A program made the translations under genes and the position numbers. Under the pieces are notes generated by a model. That model saw nothing but the letters and a program-made list of their open reading frames with translations, was not told where the DNA came from and searched no databases. From positions 17,571 to 81,570 of the forward strand of contig JAGAJM010000023.1 in assembly GCA_017626055.1 (NCBI GenBank): a stretch of 64,000 nt of DNA, read 5' to 3'. The DNA is from a bacterium. GTDB lineage: Bacteria > Cyanobacteriota > Vampirovibrionia > Gastranaerophilales > Gastranaerophilaceae. Each line of letters starts with the position of its first letter. Within the stretch, counting starts at the first letter, position 1. Shown here piece by piece: positions 1-7,993 of this stretch.

Positions 1-1886
1 CCTGGAGCTAAAGGCACACCCATTTTTCTACCATCTGGAGTATTGCCTGTTTTCTTACCATAAACTACATTTGATGTAATTGTAAGAATTGACATTGTAG
101 GAATTGAGTTTCTATATGTGTGATGTTTTCTAATTTTTGACATAAAGTTAGAAACTAAATCTACCGCTAATTGGTCAACTCTATCATCGTTATTACCATA
201 TTTAGGGAAATCTCCTTCAATATCGTAATCAACAACGATACCGTTTTCATCACGAATTGCTTTTACTTTTGCATATTTAATAGCTGATAAAGAATCTGCA
301 ACAACAGATAATCCTGCAATACCAGTTGCAAAATAACGTTTTACATCTCTATCATGAAGCGCCATTTGAGCTCTTTCATAACAGTATTTGTCATGCATAT
401 AATGAATACAATTCAACGTATTAACATACAAGCCAGCAAGCCATTCCATCATATTATCAAACTTTTCCATTACTTCATCAAAATTTAAATATTCAGAAGT
501 AATAGGTTCATATTTTGGACCAACTTGTTCTTTAAGTCTTTCGTCAATGCCGCCATTAATTGCATACAGCAAACATTTAGCAAGGTTAGCTCTAGCACCA
601 AAGAATTGCATTTCTTTACCAACAACCATTGATGATACACAACAAGCAATTGCATAATCATCACCATGTGTAACTCTCATCAAATCATCATTTTCATATT
701 GAATAGATGATGTTGTAATAGAAATTTGTGCACAATATCTTTTGAAATTATGAGGTAATTTTGTTGACCAAAGAACTGTTAAGTTTGGTTCTGGAGCTGC
801 ACCCAAGTTTTCTAAAGTGTGTAAATATCTGAAAGAGTTTTTAGTAACCAACGGACGTCCATCAATACCTACACCACCGATAGACTCAGTAACCCAGGTT
901 GGATCACCTGAGAAAAGTTCATTATATTCTGGGGTTCTTGCAAATTTAACAAGTCTTAATTTCATAATGAAATGGTCAATCATTTCTTGAGCTTCAGCTT
1001 CAGTAATAATACCCTCTTTCAAATCTCTTTCAATGAAAATATCCAAGAATGTAGAAGTTCTACCAATACTCATTGCTGCACCATTTTGTTCTTTTACAGC
1101 CGATAAGTATCCAAAATACAACCATTGAATTGCTTCTTTAGAGTTTCTTGCAGGTTTTGTAATATCAAAACCATAAATTCTACCCAATTCAGCCATTTCA
1201 CTTAAAGCTCTAATTTGTTCTGAGATTTCTTCACGAAGTTGGATTCTTTCAGAAGTCATTTCGCCTTCTAAAGACTTAAATTGTTCTTTTTTATCTTCAA
1301 TAAGCCTATCAATACCATACAAAGCGATTCTTCTGTAATCACCGATAATACGACCTCTACCATAAGCATCAGGGAGCCCTGTAATAATTGCAGAGTGTCT
1401 AGCAGCTTTCATTTCTGGAGTATAAACATCAAAAACACCTTGGTTATGAGTTTTTCTGTATTTTGTAAATATTTCAGAAATTTCTGGTGAAACTTGATAT
1501 CCATATGCTTTACATGCACCTTCTGCCATTCTGATACCGCCAAAAGGTTGCATTGAACGTTTTAATGGCGCATCGGTTTGTAAGCCTACAATAGCCTCTA
1601 AACTTTTATCAATATACCCAGCACCATGCGATGTAATTGAAGATACAACATCTGTATCCATATCAACAACACCACCATTTTCACGTTCTTTTTTGAACAA
1701 ATCACAACATTCCTGCCATAATTTTCTAGTAGCTTCTGTTGGATCAGCCAAAAAGCTTGAGTCACCTTCGTATAATGTATAGTTATTTTGTATAAAATCC
1801 CTAACGTTAATTTCTTTATTCCATTTGCCCGAAACAAATTCAGATGTAGGGTAAATCTGTTTTTCGTCTAAAATTGCTTCTGTCAT
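1..1886 (-). CDS. pflB: Pyruvate formate-lyase (glycyl-radical enzyme), N-terminal ~628 aa; C-terminus lies outside the window
   Basis: Absent from ORF track because there is no stop in the window. My minus-strand translation from ATG 1886-1884 stays open to nt 1. It reads [10 protein letters not shown]...[25 protein letters not shown]...[15 protein letters not shown], which matches conserved PFL blocks. SD GGAGAAGG lies upstream. Confidence 0.9.
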   Translation of the reverse strand, partial: MTEAILDEKQIYPTSEFVSGKWNKEINVRDFIQNNYTLYEGDSSFLADPTEATRKLWQECCDLFKKERENGGVVDMDTDVVSSITSHGAGYIDKSLEAIVGLQTDAPLKRSMQPFGGIRMAEGACKAYGYQVSPEISEIFTKYRKTHNQGVFDVYTPEMKAARHSAIITGLPDAYGRGRIIGDYRRIALYGIDRLIEDKKEQFKSLEGEMTSERIQLREEISEQIRALSEMAELGRIYGFDITKPARNSKEAIQWLYFGYLSAVKEQNGAAMSIGRTSTFLDIFIERDLKEGIITEAEAQEMIDHFIMKLRLVKFARTPEYNELFSGDPTWVTESIGGVGIDGRPLVTKNSFRYLHTLENLGAAPEPNLTVLWSTKLPHNFKRYCAQISITTSSIQYENDDLMRVTHGDDYAIACCVSSMVVGKEMQFFGARANLAKCLLYAINGGIDERLKEQVGPKYEPITSEYLNFDEVMEKFDNMMEWLAGLYVNTLNCIHYMHDKYCYERAQMALHDRDVKRYFATGIAGLSVVADSLSAIKYAKVKAIRDENGIVVDYDIEGDFPKYGNNDDRVDQLAVDLVSNFMSKIRKHHTYRNSIPTMSILTITSNVVYGKKTGNTPDGRKMGVPLAP

Positions 1887-1950
1887 TTTCCTTCTCCCAT
1901 AATCAATAATAATTGTATTTTTTACACGTATTATTTTGAATTCATGCAAC

Positions 1951-2012
1951 ATTATACACAATAAATCCATGAAAACTACATTTGTAACGAGAAAATTATA
2001 CAATTTGTAACG
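1951..2012 (-). promoter_or_regulatory. Candidate tandem promoters for pflB: extended -10-like TGTGTATAAT and TGTATAAT, each associated with a CGTTACAAAT repeat
   Basis: Minus strand reads CGTTACAAAT-TGTATAAT-TTTCT-CGTTACAAAT-N19-TGTGTATAAT. Plus-strand copies of ATTTGTAACG are at 1980-1989 and 2003-2012. Sequence inspection only. Confidence 0.3.
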
Positions 2013-2125
2013 TTGATAGAAAATCACCCAAAAGAGTAGAGGTTAAAGCAATTGAATTACTAATTTAGGGCATTTTATTGCTTAAGAAATAGTTTAAACT
2101 CGACATATAAACGAAAGGATAAAAC

Positions 2126-2476
2126 ATGTTGAATTTATTTTTAAAATGGATTGCATACACCCTAGCAATAATATTTGTAGCTTGGGTTATACCAGGAATT
2201 AGTGTTGAAAACTTTTTAAGTGCAATGTTTGTCTGCGTAATCCTTGCACTAATTAACACCTTCATAAAGCCAGTATTACAATTTATATCATTTCCTCTTA
2301 CAGTATTAACCTTAGGACTTTTTGCACTTGTTATCAACGCATTACTTTTGATGTTTGCAGGATGGATTGCTCCAGGGTTTGAAGTAGATGGATTTTTAAG
2401 CGCCTTATTAGGCTCAATACTTTTATCTTTATTTGCAATGGGAATAGATAGAATTGGAAAAAGAACAGATTTATAA
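2126..2476 (+). CDS. Small multi-TM membrane protein, YvlD/DUF360 (Phage_holin_4_2)-like
   Basis: 116 aa, four hydrophobic segments, WVIPGI...LALINTFIKPVL...LVINALLL pattern typical of this family. SD AAAGGA lies 6 nt upstream. Confidence 0.7.
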   Translation: MLNLFLKWIAYTLAIIFVAWVIPGISVENFLSAMFVCVILALINTFIKPVLQFISFPLTVLTLGLFALVINALLLMFAGWIAPGFEVDGFLSALLGSILLSLFAMGIDRIGKRTDL

Positions 2477-2566
2477 ATTTAAAAAATTTTAACAATACAT
2501 TAAAAATTTAGCAATATTTCGGATTGGTTTATACTTAATATACATGTAAAATTTCATGGTGAAGGT

Positions 2567-2839
2567 ATGAACTTATCTGGAATAAGGTTAGGAAACGGAA
2601 TAGCAAGACAATATAAAAACGCCAAAATTAGGCGTGGATTTTTTGTTGCTCAATCTGGATTGAGCACCTGTGCTGCGGCTATTGGCATTAAAGAAAGCGT
2701 ACCTCAAGGCACCATTATTTTTTCAGGTGCAACTGCACTATTTTTATCTATGGCAAAAAAATGTCACAAAACAATGAAATCATTAGAGCCAGCTTACCAA
2801 CAAATCGTACAACGTGCTAATCGTATTTTCAAAAAGTAA
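2567..2839 (+). CDS. Hypothetical 90-aa protein
   Basis: ORF with SD GAAGG upstream; no recognisable domain. Confidence 0.5.
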   Translation: MNLSGIRLGNGIARQYKNAKIRRGFFVAQSGLSTCAAAIGIKESVPQGTIIFSGATALFLSMAKKCHKTMKSLEPAYQQIVQRANRIFKK

Positions 2840-2856
2840 ACTTAATATTTACCACT

Positions 2857-3879
2857 CTATGAAAGAGCTTGAGAATACATTCCCATTAGAGTTGAAATTA
2901 AGTCGTTATAAGTTTGTTTATCGGCAACACCATTCATCTGTTTACGCATAATATTGCCAGTATTATAGGCTTCTTGTTCATCTTTTAGCGCTTTTACACA
3001 AATAGATTTTATTTGAGATTTAAACGCTTCCATTCCGCCATATTTTTGAATTGTTGCCAGAGCATTTGGATCTTTTTCGTACTGCATACCTTTTAATGTT
3101 TCATCAAAAATCAAATCAAATATTGCATTGATAGTCTGCTTTTGAGTTGCAGTATCTTTGCCAAACTTCATAATTTCACCAAGTTTTTCGGGTGTAACTT
3201 TATCGGTAACAGTATCCATAAACTTGTCATAATCATCCGTGTTATTTAATGGATAATTTGCTTCTCTAACAAATGCCACTCCAGAGTCTGTAACGCCTTT
3301 ATCTGTTAATCTATCAGTAATTCGCTTCTGAATAAAGTTCATAAAACGGGCTTCAGGTGTTGGTGCATAATGTGGCATAACTTCTTTTGATTTTACATGT
3401 TGAATAACGTGGGTTATTTCGTGAGTTGTTTTATCAAGGAATGCCAATACTTCATTTTTGTTATTATAATCTACATCTGGAATAAACACATCAATATTTA
3501 TCAACTTGCCAGTTGCATCATAATTCGGTCTTGTAACTGCGGCTTTTTTCATTCCAATTTCTGGACGATTTGGTTGCTGATACTCAGACATTGAATGAAT
3601 TTTTACATTATCAACCCCTAAATGTTTTTGAATAAGTTTTTGAATTTCGCCAGCAGTAGCATTTTTAGAATCAACAAGGGCGTTCAAATCCTTACCAAAA
3701 GCTAAAGCCGCTTGTTCATTAGATGATAACTGAGTTTGAACAGTCGTTGACTCAGGTTTTACTGATGGAGTAAATGTGTCTTGCTCCAAGCCTTTAAAAG
3801 CAACTTGTGGTTGAACTGGTCTAGTTGTTACGTTTAAATAAGCTGGATTTATTCCGATTGAATTAATTTTTGATATCAT
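2857..3879 (-). CDS. Hypothetical 340-aa protein with one HExxH (HEITH) zincin-like motif and the recurrent N-terminal leader (…QVAFKG)
   Basis: SD AAGGGGA upstream of ATG; motif TTHEITHVIQH; leader MISKINSIGINPAYLNVTTRPVQPQVAFKG without hydrophobic core. Confidence 0.7.
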   Translation of the reverse strand: MISKINSIGINPAYLNVTTRPVQPQVAFKGLEQDTFTPSVKPESTTVQTQLSSNEQAALAFGKDLNALVDSKNATAGEIQKLIQKHLGVDNVKIHSMSEYQQPNRPEIGMKKAAVTRPNYDATGKLINIDVFIPDVDYNNKNEVLAFLDKTTHEITHVIQHVKSKEVMPHYAPTPEARFMNFIQKRITDRLTDKGVTDSGVAFVREANYPLNNTDDYDKFMDTVTDKVTPEKLGEIMKFGKDTATQKQTINAIFDLIFDETLKGMQYEKDPNALATIQKYGGMEAFKSQIKSICVKALKDEQEAYNTGNIMRKQMNGVADKQTYNDLISTLMGMYSQALS

Positions 3880-3960
3880 TATTTCCCCTTGATTTTATAC
3901 ATATATAAAAACAATAAATGCAAAATTTTTGCCCTTAAATTAAGTCAGAACAATAATTTA

Positions 3961-3973
3961 TTACATTATGTAA
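3961..3973. promoter_or_regulatory. Perfect 13-bp palindrome TTACAT-T-ATGTAA in the divergent promoter region between 3879(-) and 4053(+)
   Basis: Read directly; shares the ATGTAA half-site with the iterons at 4851-5357. Confidence 0.3.
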
Positions 3974-4052
3974 AAACAATCTATTTATAGATTTGCAAAA
4001 GAAATTTATAGGCGGTAATATAATTGTGTGTTTATTTTAAGGAGGTCTTGTT

Positions 4053-4463
4053 ATGCGAATTAGTGCAATTAGGAACACGAATTATTGTGTTGCAAACCAA
4101 CAGTCTTGTAAAAAACCAAATGTAAACTTTAACGGATTATTTAAAAATGTGGGAAGCTCATCTGATGAGTGGGATTACCATGGAATTCCTAGTGGAAGTT
4201 CTGGTGATGGACATTATCAAGGAATGAGCACATCAAAATCATATATTTATCACCCATTTAAAGGTGAATCAGAATCACATATCAAAAAAGTTTTAGAAGA
4301 AAACAATTACCACTACGATTATGATCCAGACTCAACTGGAGGATATAGCGGTTCTGATGATTGCACAACCGAAAGAGGTAAAACCTTACCATTCACTGAA
4401 AAAGAGTGGAATAGTTTCACGGCAAAACAACAAGAATATTACAGAGAATTGTTAAACTTATAG
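4053..4463 (+). CDS. Hypothetical 136-aa protein, leader-bearing (…PNVNFNG); paralog of next gene
   Basis: Strong SD AAGGAGG; shares Y-x-PFK-x-E-x-x-S-x-IK block with 4477-4821. Confidence 0.7.
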   Translation: MRISAIRNTNYCVANQQSCKKPNVNFNGLFKNVGSSSDEWDYHGIPSGSSGDGHYQGMSTSKSYIYHPFKGESESHIKKVLEENNYHYDYDPDSTGGYSGSDDCTTERGKTLPFTEKEWNSFTAKQQEYYRELLNL

Positions 4464-4476
4464 AAAGGGAACAATA

Positions 4477-4821
4477 ATGAATGTACAATCAATATCTGCT
4501 ATAACAAACACGAGCAAACAAAATCATTTTACAGGAATTACAAAAGTAATATCAAATGATTATATAGAAACAATTGATTGCGGAGGCGGTCAAGGTGAAC
4601 TTGATATTTACGAAAAGACAGTAGAATACAGACCATTCAAAGATGAAACCCAATCAGAAATTAAAGCCGCAATTCAAAAATTAAAAAAGCAAGATGAACA
4701 TGGTGATGCAAATAGAGATTATGGCTCTAACGCATCATGGACAAAGATAAAAGTTGTCTTAGGTAAACGTTTAGACTGCACAAAAGCCGCAGCTAAAGAT
4801 ATCTTTGATACTGTTGTATAG
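4477..4821 (+). CDS. Hypothetical 114-aa protein, leader-bearing (…QNHFTG); paralog of previous gene
   Basis: SD AAAGGGA; VEYRPFKDETQSEIK aligns with YIYHPFKGESESHIK of the upstream ORF. Confidence 0.7.
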   Translation: MNVQSISAITNTSKQNHFTGITKVISNDYIETIDCGGGQGELDIYEKTVEYRPFKDETQSEIKAAIQKLKKQDEHGDANRDYGSNASWTKIKVVLGKRLDCTKAAAKDIFDTVV

Positions 4822-4850
4822 TTGTAGAAAAGCTGGCAATTCCATAGCAA

Positions 4851-5357
4851 ATGCAATTGAAAGTTAATCGCTAGAATGTTTGATTTATTTAAATTTGAGG
4901 CTAACTTCCGTCAGTACCATAACAAAATTTTATTTTTGCCACTTTTGCCGAATTTTTGCCAAACTTTTTGCCGTTTTTTCATTTGTCTTTGTTGGGGTTT
5001 GGCGATTTTTGGCTTGTGTTTTGGCTTTTCAAGATTGCAAAAATATGCAAAAAATGTAATTGAAGAAAAATTACTTCCATAAGTCGGAAATGCTTTTAAA
5101 ATAATACTTTTAGCTTTTAAAAACATAAAATTTCAATTACATTCCTACATTTATTTTATGTAATTGAAGCACAATGTAATTGAAAATCGTTCAATTGCAT
5201 AAATAGGTTAAAAGTATTACCATCGCTTAATTTAAGACAATTTTAAATAATTACATGTATTTTTGAGATTTCTCAATTTAAAACCGAGTTTCAACTACAG
5301 AAAATGTAATCGAAACTCTAAAATTTGATAAAAAAATCGAAAGAAAATGTAATTGAA
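4851..5357. repeat. Iteron-like array: 8 copies of 11-bp ATG(T/C)AAT(T/C)GAA in both orientations
   Basis: Plus-orientation copies are at 4851, 5054, 5158, 5174, 5304 and 5347. Minus-orientation copies are at 5132-5142 and 5190-5200. Pairs 5132/5158 and 5174/5190 form inverted repeats. The array lies between two convergent 3' ends. Confidence 0.75.
4931..5025. repeat. Phased T-tract repeats: 4x TTTTGCC followed by 3x TTTGGC at about 9-12 bp spacing
   Basis: tatttttgcc acttttgccg aatttttgcc aaactttttgcc ... gtttggcg atttttggc ttgtgttttggc read directly; near-helical periodicity suggests bent DNA. Confidence 0.7.
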
Positions 5358-5384
5358 AATAAAAGCAATGGAATAATTATTCTA

Positions 5385-6203
5385 CTAATATAATTTATTG
5401 AATGTATTTAAACTAATTAATTTTTGAAATTCATTATAAATTTCCAGTAAGTCATCATCTAAAAATTCTAGCGTTCTTTCTTTAATGTCTTCTGGAATTG
5501 GATAATATGCTTCTGCAATGCTTCCTGCGATTGCAGTTAAGGTGTCAGAATCTCCACCTAAAGATACAGCAAGCCTAATTACTTCTTCAAAACTACCACC
5601 CTCTAAAAAAGCTATTATAGCTTGAGGAACCGTCTCTTGGCAACTTTCAAGGTGATGATAGGTTATTCTTATTTCGTCGCAAGTTTTAGATAAATCGTAA
5701 GCATATTTTTTTATAATATAATCTTTGATCTCGCTTTTTGTTTTGCCATTTCTTGCTAGAAAAATTGCACTTGCAACAGCTTGAGCGCCTTTTATGCCTT
5801 CTGGGTGGTTATGTGTGGGTAATGCAGATATTTCTGCAAATTTTTCAACATCTTCTAAGTTATCAAAAAACCAAGCGACAGATGAAACTCTCATTGCTGA
5901 ACCATTCCCATAGCTATTATATGGTTGAGGATTATTTGAATGCAGCCAACTTTGAAAATTACAACCGTAACTCATATATGGATATTCTTTCCCAAGTTTT
6001 TGCATACATTTTGTTATTTCATCATAAGTTTTTTGAGAATCTTTTTTGCCGTTCATTAAACCTTGTGCAACTGCTAAAGTCATTATTGTGTCGTCGGTAA
6101 TTTCTGACTCTTCAGAAAACAAAGGAAAATCTGTTGTTTTGATGTTATATTTATCAAACTCATAAGGACTTCCAACAATATCTCCAATTATTGCACCTAG
6201 CAT
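5385..6203 (-). CDS. ADP-ribosylglycohydrolase (ARH/DraG) family protein
   Basis: 272 aa; MLGAIIGDIVGSPYEF, DDTIMTLA, YGNGSAMRVS, GGDSDTLTAIAGSIAEAYY are hallmark ARH blocks; SD GGGGAG. Confidence 0.85.
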   Translation of the reverse strand: MLGAIIGDIVGSPYEFDKYNIKTTDFPLFSEESEITDDTIMTLAVAQGLMNGKKDSQKTYDEITKCMQKLGKEYPYMSYGCNFQSWLHSNNPQPYNSYGNGSAMRVSSVAWFFDNLEDVEKFAEISALPTHNHPEGIKGAQAVASAIFLARNGKTKSEIKDYIIKKYAYDLSKTCDEIRITYHHLESCQETVPQAIIAFLEGGSFEEVIRLAVSLGGDSDTLTAIAGSIAEAYYPIPEDIKERTLEFLDDDLLEIYNEFQKLISLNTFNKLY

Positions 6204-6206
6204 AAG

Positions 6207-6395
6207 TTAACTCCCCATTAAAAAAGCAAAGGCAGCATAAAGATTTGCTAATCCAAAAATAATAAAAAAAATACAATGTCCAATTCTTTCTTTATACGGA
6301 ACAGAATATTTACCTAAAGCTGTTGTTTTAAAAGAAGTTCTAGCTGCTATAAAAGAACATATGCTAAAAAATAAAAATAATAAAAAACCTGCCAT
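6207..6395 (-). CDS. 62-aa two-TM membrane peptide
   Basis: Two hydrophobic helices; SD AAAGGA; 3-nt gap to the ARH gene and 21-nt gap from the upstream gene. Confidence 0.55.
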   Translation of the reverse strand: MAGFLLFLFFSICSFIAARTSFKTTALGKYSVPYKERIGHCIFFIIFGLANLYAAFAFLMGS

Positions 6396-6416
6396 ATTTA
6401 TCCTTTTTTAATTTTT

Positions 6417-7397
6417 TTATAATGCAACATTGTTAATTATCGAATTATACCAATTTTCAAATTTTGAGCGCTGATGTTCATACCAATGATTGCAAACATA
6501 ATATTTTTCACCAAAAATAGGACTATAATATCTTGGATAACCATTTTTATCATATCTGCTCTCATTCTTATTTCTTAAAAGAGGAAAACTTAAATTAAAA
6601 ACTTTTTTGCAATATTCTTCATTTTTTAGATTTAATATTTCTTCTTCCGACAAGTAATTCTTAGCAAATAGATAATTTAATTTATTTTGTACAGTTGCAC
6701 CTATTTTAAACTCATTGTATTGAGCTGTCGTATTTGTTTTTTCTTCTTTTAAATACTGTTTTTTATTAACATTTTTTTCACATAAATTACTTAACTGAAA
6801 TGCACGCATAAATAATTCTGCCGTGTCAGATACGCTAGAAGAAATTTCAACAATAGGATTTAAAATATTTTCCGTAAAACTTTTATTTGCAAATAATTTA
6901 AATTTAAATTCAAAACCTTGTGAACACATGAAATCATAAATTTGTTCTATTCTTTTTTCTAAATCATTATATATAACTGGATTAATTTTAGGAGAAGCGA
7001 AAATTATTTCACCATTTTTTATATCAAAGTAATGATATAAAACAAGAGCCGAGCGCAATAACTTTTTAGAAATTCTTTCTATCGTTTCTTCTTTTGAACC
7101 ATAATTTAAGCCACTTTCATGATATGCAATATCAATAGCATAATAATAAGGCATATTATTATCATCATAGCTTAAACCTAATACATCCAACTCTGCTTGT
7201 TTTATAACTTGTTCATAATTTGCATTATTTTTAAAAACAGGGAAATGAGTTGACATCCTTCTATAGAGTTCTTCAATAGATTGATCGTTATAGGTTGTCC
7301 AATTTGTAGACGGCTTCCAATTTAATTGGGTTATTTTACATTCTTTGGCATGTTTTAACCAAGATTGCATTAATGACTCACCCATTTCTATTTTCAT
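6417..7397 (-). CDS. Hypothetical 326-aa protein (first gene of ARH operon)
   Basis: The track ORF extends to 7469. I prefer ATG at 7397 (MKIEMGES…) because it is preceded by AAGGAG at 7-nt spacing. No domain could be assigned by eye. Confidence 0.7.
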   Translation of the reverse strand: MKIEMGESLMQSWLKHAKECKITQLNWKPSTNWTTYNDQSIEELYRRMSTHFPVFKNNANYEQVIKQAELDVLGLSYDDNNMPYYYAIDIAYHESGLNYGSKEETIERISKKLLRSALVLYHYFDIKNGEIIFASPKINPVIYNDLEKRIEQIYDFMCSQGFEFKFKLFANKSFTENILNPIVEISSSVSDTAELFMRAFQLSNLCEKNVNKKQYLKEEKTNTTAQYNEFKIGATVQNKLNYLFAKNYLSEEEILNLKNEEYCKKVFNLSFPLLRNKNESRYDKNGYPRYYSPIFGEKYYVCNHWYEHQRSKFENWYNSIINNVAL

Positions 7398-7553
7398 ACT
7401 CAACTCCTTTTTCTTTAGGGTACCATAAAAATAGAATCTATTATTATATAATATTTTATAATTTCTCAATGACAGAAACGGTCATATATTTTACTTTCAG
7501 AGATTTTAATTTCATCTGTCGGACAGTTCAAATTCAAAAGAAAAATTCTCGTT

Positions 7554-7580
7554 TTGCAGTCGGAAATTCTCAAACTGCAA
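7554..7580. promoter_or_regulatory. Inverted repeat TTGCAGT-N13-ACTGCAA upstream of the ARH operon
   Basis: Perfect 7-bp arms, each preceded by AAATTCTC; located between tRNA-Ser and the operon start. Confidence 0.3.
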
Positions 7581-7640
7581 GACAATTTATAATAGTAGTA
7601 AACAAAATTAAACTAAGTTTGAAGAACGCCAGTAAAATAT

Positions 7641-7670
7641 AAAAAACAGATAGGCTTTTGTTCTATCTGC
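7641..7670 (-). terminator. Intrinsic terminator after tRNA-Ser
   Basis: Stem CAGATAG/CTATCTG (7647-7653 / 7663-7669), flanked by an A-run and a T-run, so usable on both strands. Confidence 0.6.
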
Positions 7671-7676
7671 TTTTTA

Positions 7677-7766
7677 TGGCAGAGGGGAAGAGATTCGAAC
7701 TCTCGGTGAGGTTACCCCCACACAACCTTTCCAAGATTGCACCTTAAGCCACTCGGACACCCCTCT
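7677..7766 (-). tRNA. tRNA-Ser (anticodon GGA), 90 nt, CCA encoded
   Basis: Hand-folded: acceptor AGAGGGG/CCCCTCT, anticodon stem CAATC/GGTTG with loop TTGGAAA, long variable arm, T-loop TTCGAAT, 3' GCCA. Confidence 0.9.
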
Positions 7767-7775
7767 AGGTTTTCT

Positions 7776-7982
7776 CTAATGATTATCATTTAAACGTTGA
7801 GTTTCGTCAAGTTCTATGACTTCATTTTGATAATATTCTTCAGTTTTTTCAACAGAATGAATTTTTGCATCAGCAAGTTTTTCCAGAACTTTTGCATAAT
7901 CCATACATTTTTTGCCTTTTATACCTTCTGTTTCCATTTGTATAGAGCCATCAGGCATAAGTCTTATTTTTATTTTACCCAT
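7776..7982 (-). CDS. 68-aa single-Cys protein, DUF2997-like
   Basis: MGKIKIRLMPDGSIQMETEGIKGKKCMDYAKVLEKL…TEEYY matches my recollection of the DUF2997 pattern (dG.v…G.kG..C…eyy). SD AAGGG; 11-nt gap from the upstream gene. Confidence 0.65.
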   Translation of the reverse strand: MGKIKIRLMPDGSIQMETEGIKGKKCMDYAKVLEKLADAKIHSVEKTEEYYQNEVIELDETQRLNDNH

Positions 7983-7993
7983 AAATTGTACCC

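Noticed and set aside
1-1886. No long ORF is listed over the first 1.9 kb. I considered a pseudogene, a non-coding region or an alternative genetic code.
   Set aside because: Hand translation of the minus strand gives an uninterrupted, clearly PFL-like frame from ATG 1886 to nt 1. The ORF is missing from the track only because its stop lies outside the window.
2013-2027. FNR/CRP box TTGAT-N-ATCA upstream of pflB
   Set aside because: The half-sites are spaced N5 (or the second half is AATCA), not TTGAT-N4-ATCAA. The centre is about 33 nt from the predicted TSS rather than -41.5.
2126-2476. Prophage, on the basis of a holin-family name
   Set aside because: The DUF360/Phage_holin_4_2 family is widespread in chromosomes. 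There are no phage structural, lysis or integrase genes nearby.
4876-5126. Overlapping 68-aa (+) and 71-aa (-) ORFs in the repeat spacer
   Set aside because: There is no SD. The peptides are low-complexity products of the TTTTGCC/TTTGGC tracts (FCQTFCRFFICLCWG…, KPKHKPKIAKPQQ…). They mirror each other on opposite strands.
5132-5200. dif/Xer recombination site (ATGTAA resembles the XerD arm TTATGTAAA)
   Set aside because: The inverted pairs have 15-bp and 5-bp spacers rather than the 6-8 bp central region of dif, and the motif is present in 8 copies.
4851-5357. CRISPR array
   Set aside because: The repeats are only 11 bp, occur in both orientations and have irregular spacing. There are no cas genes in the window.
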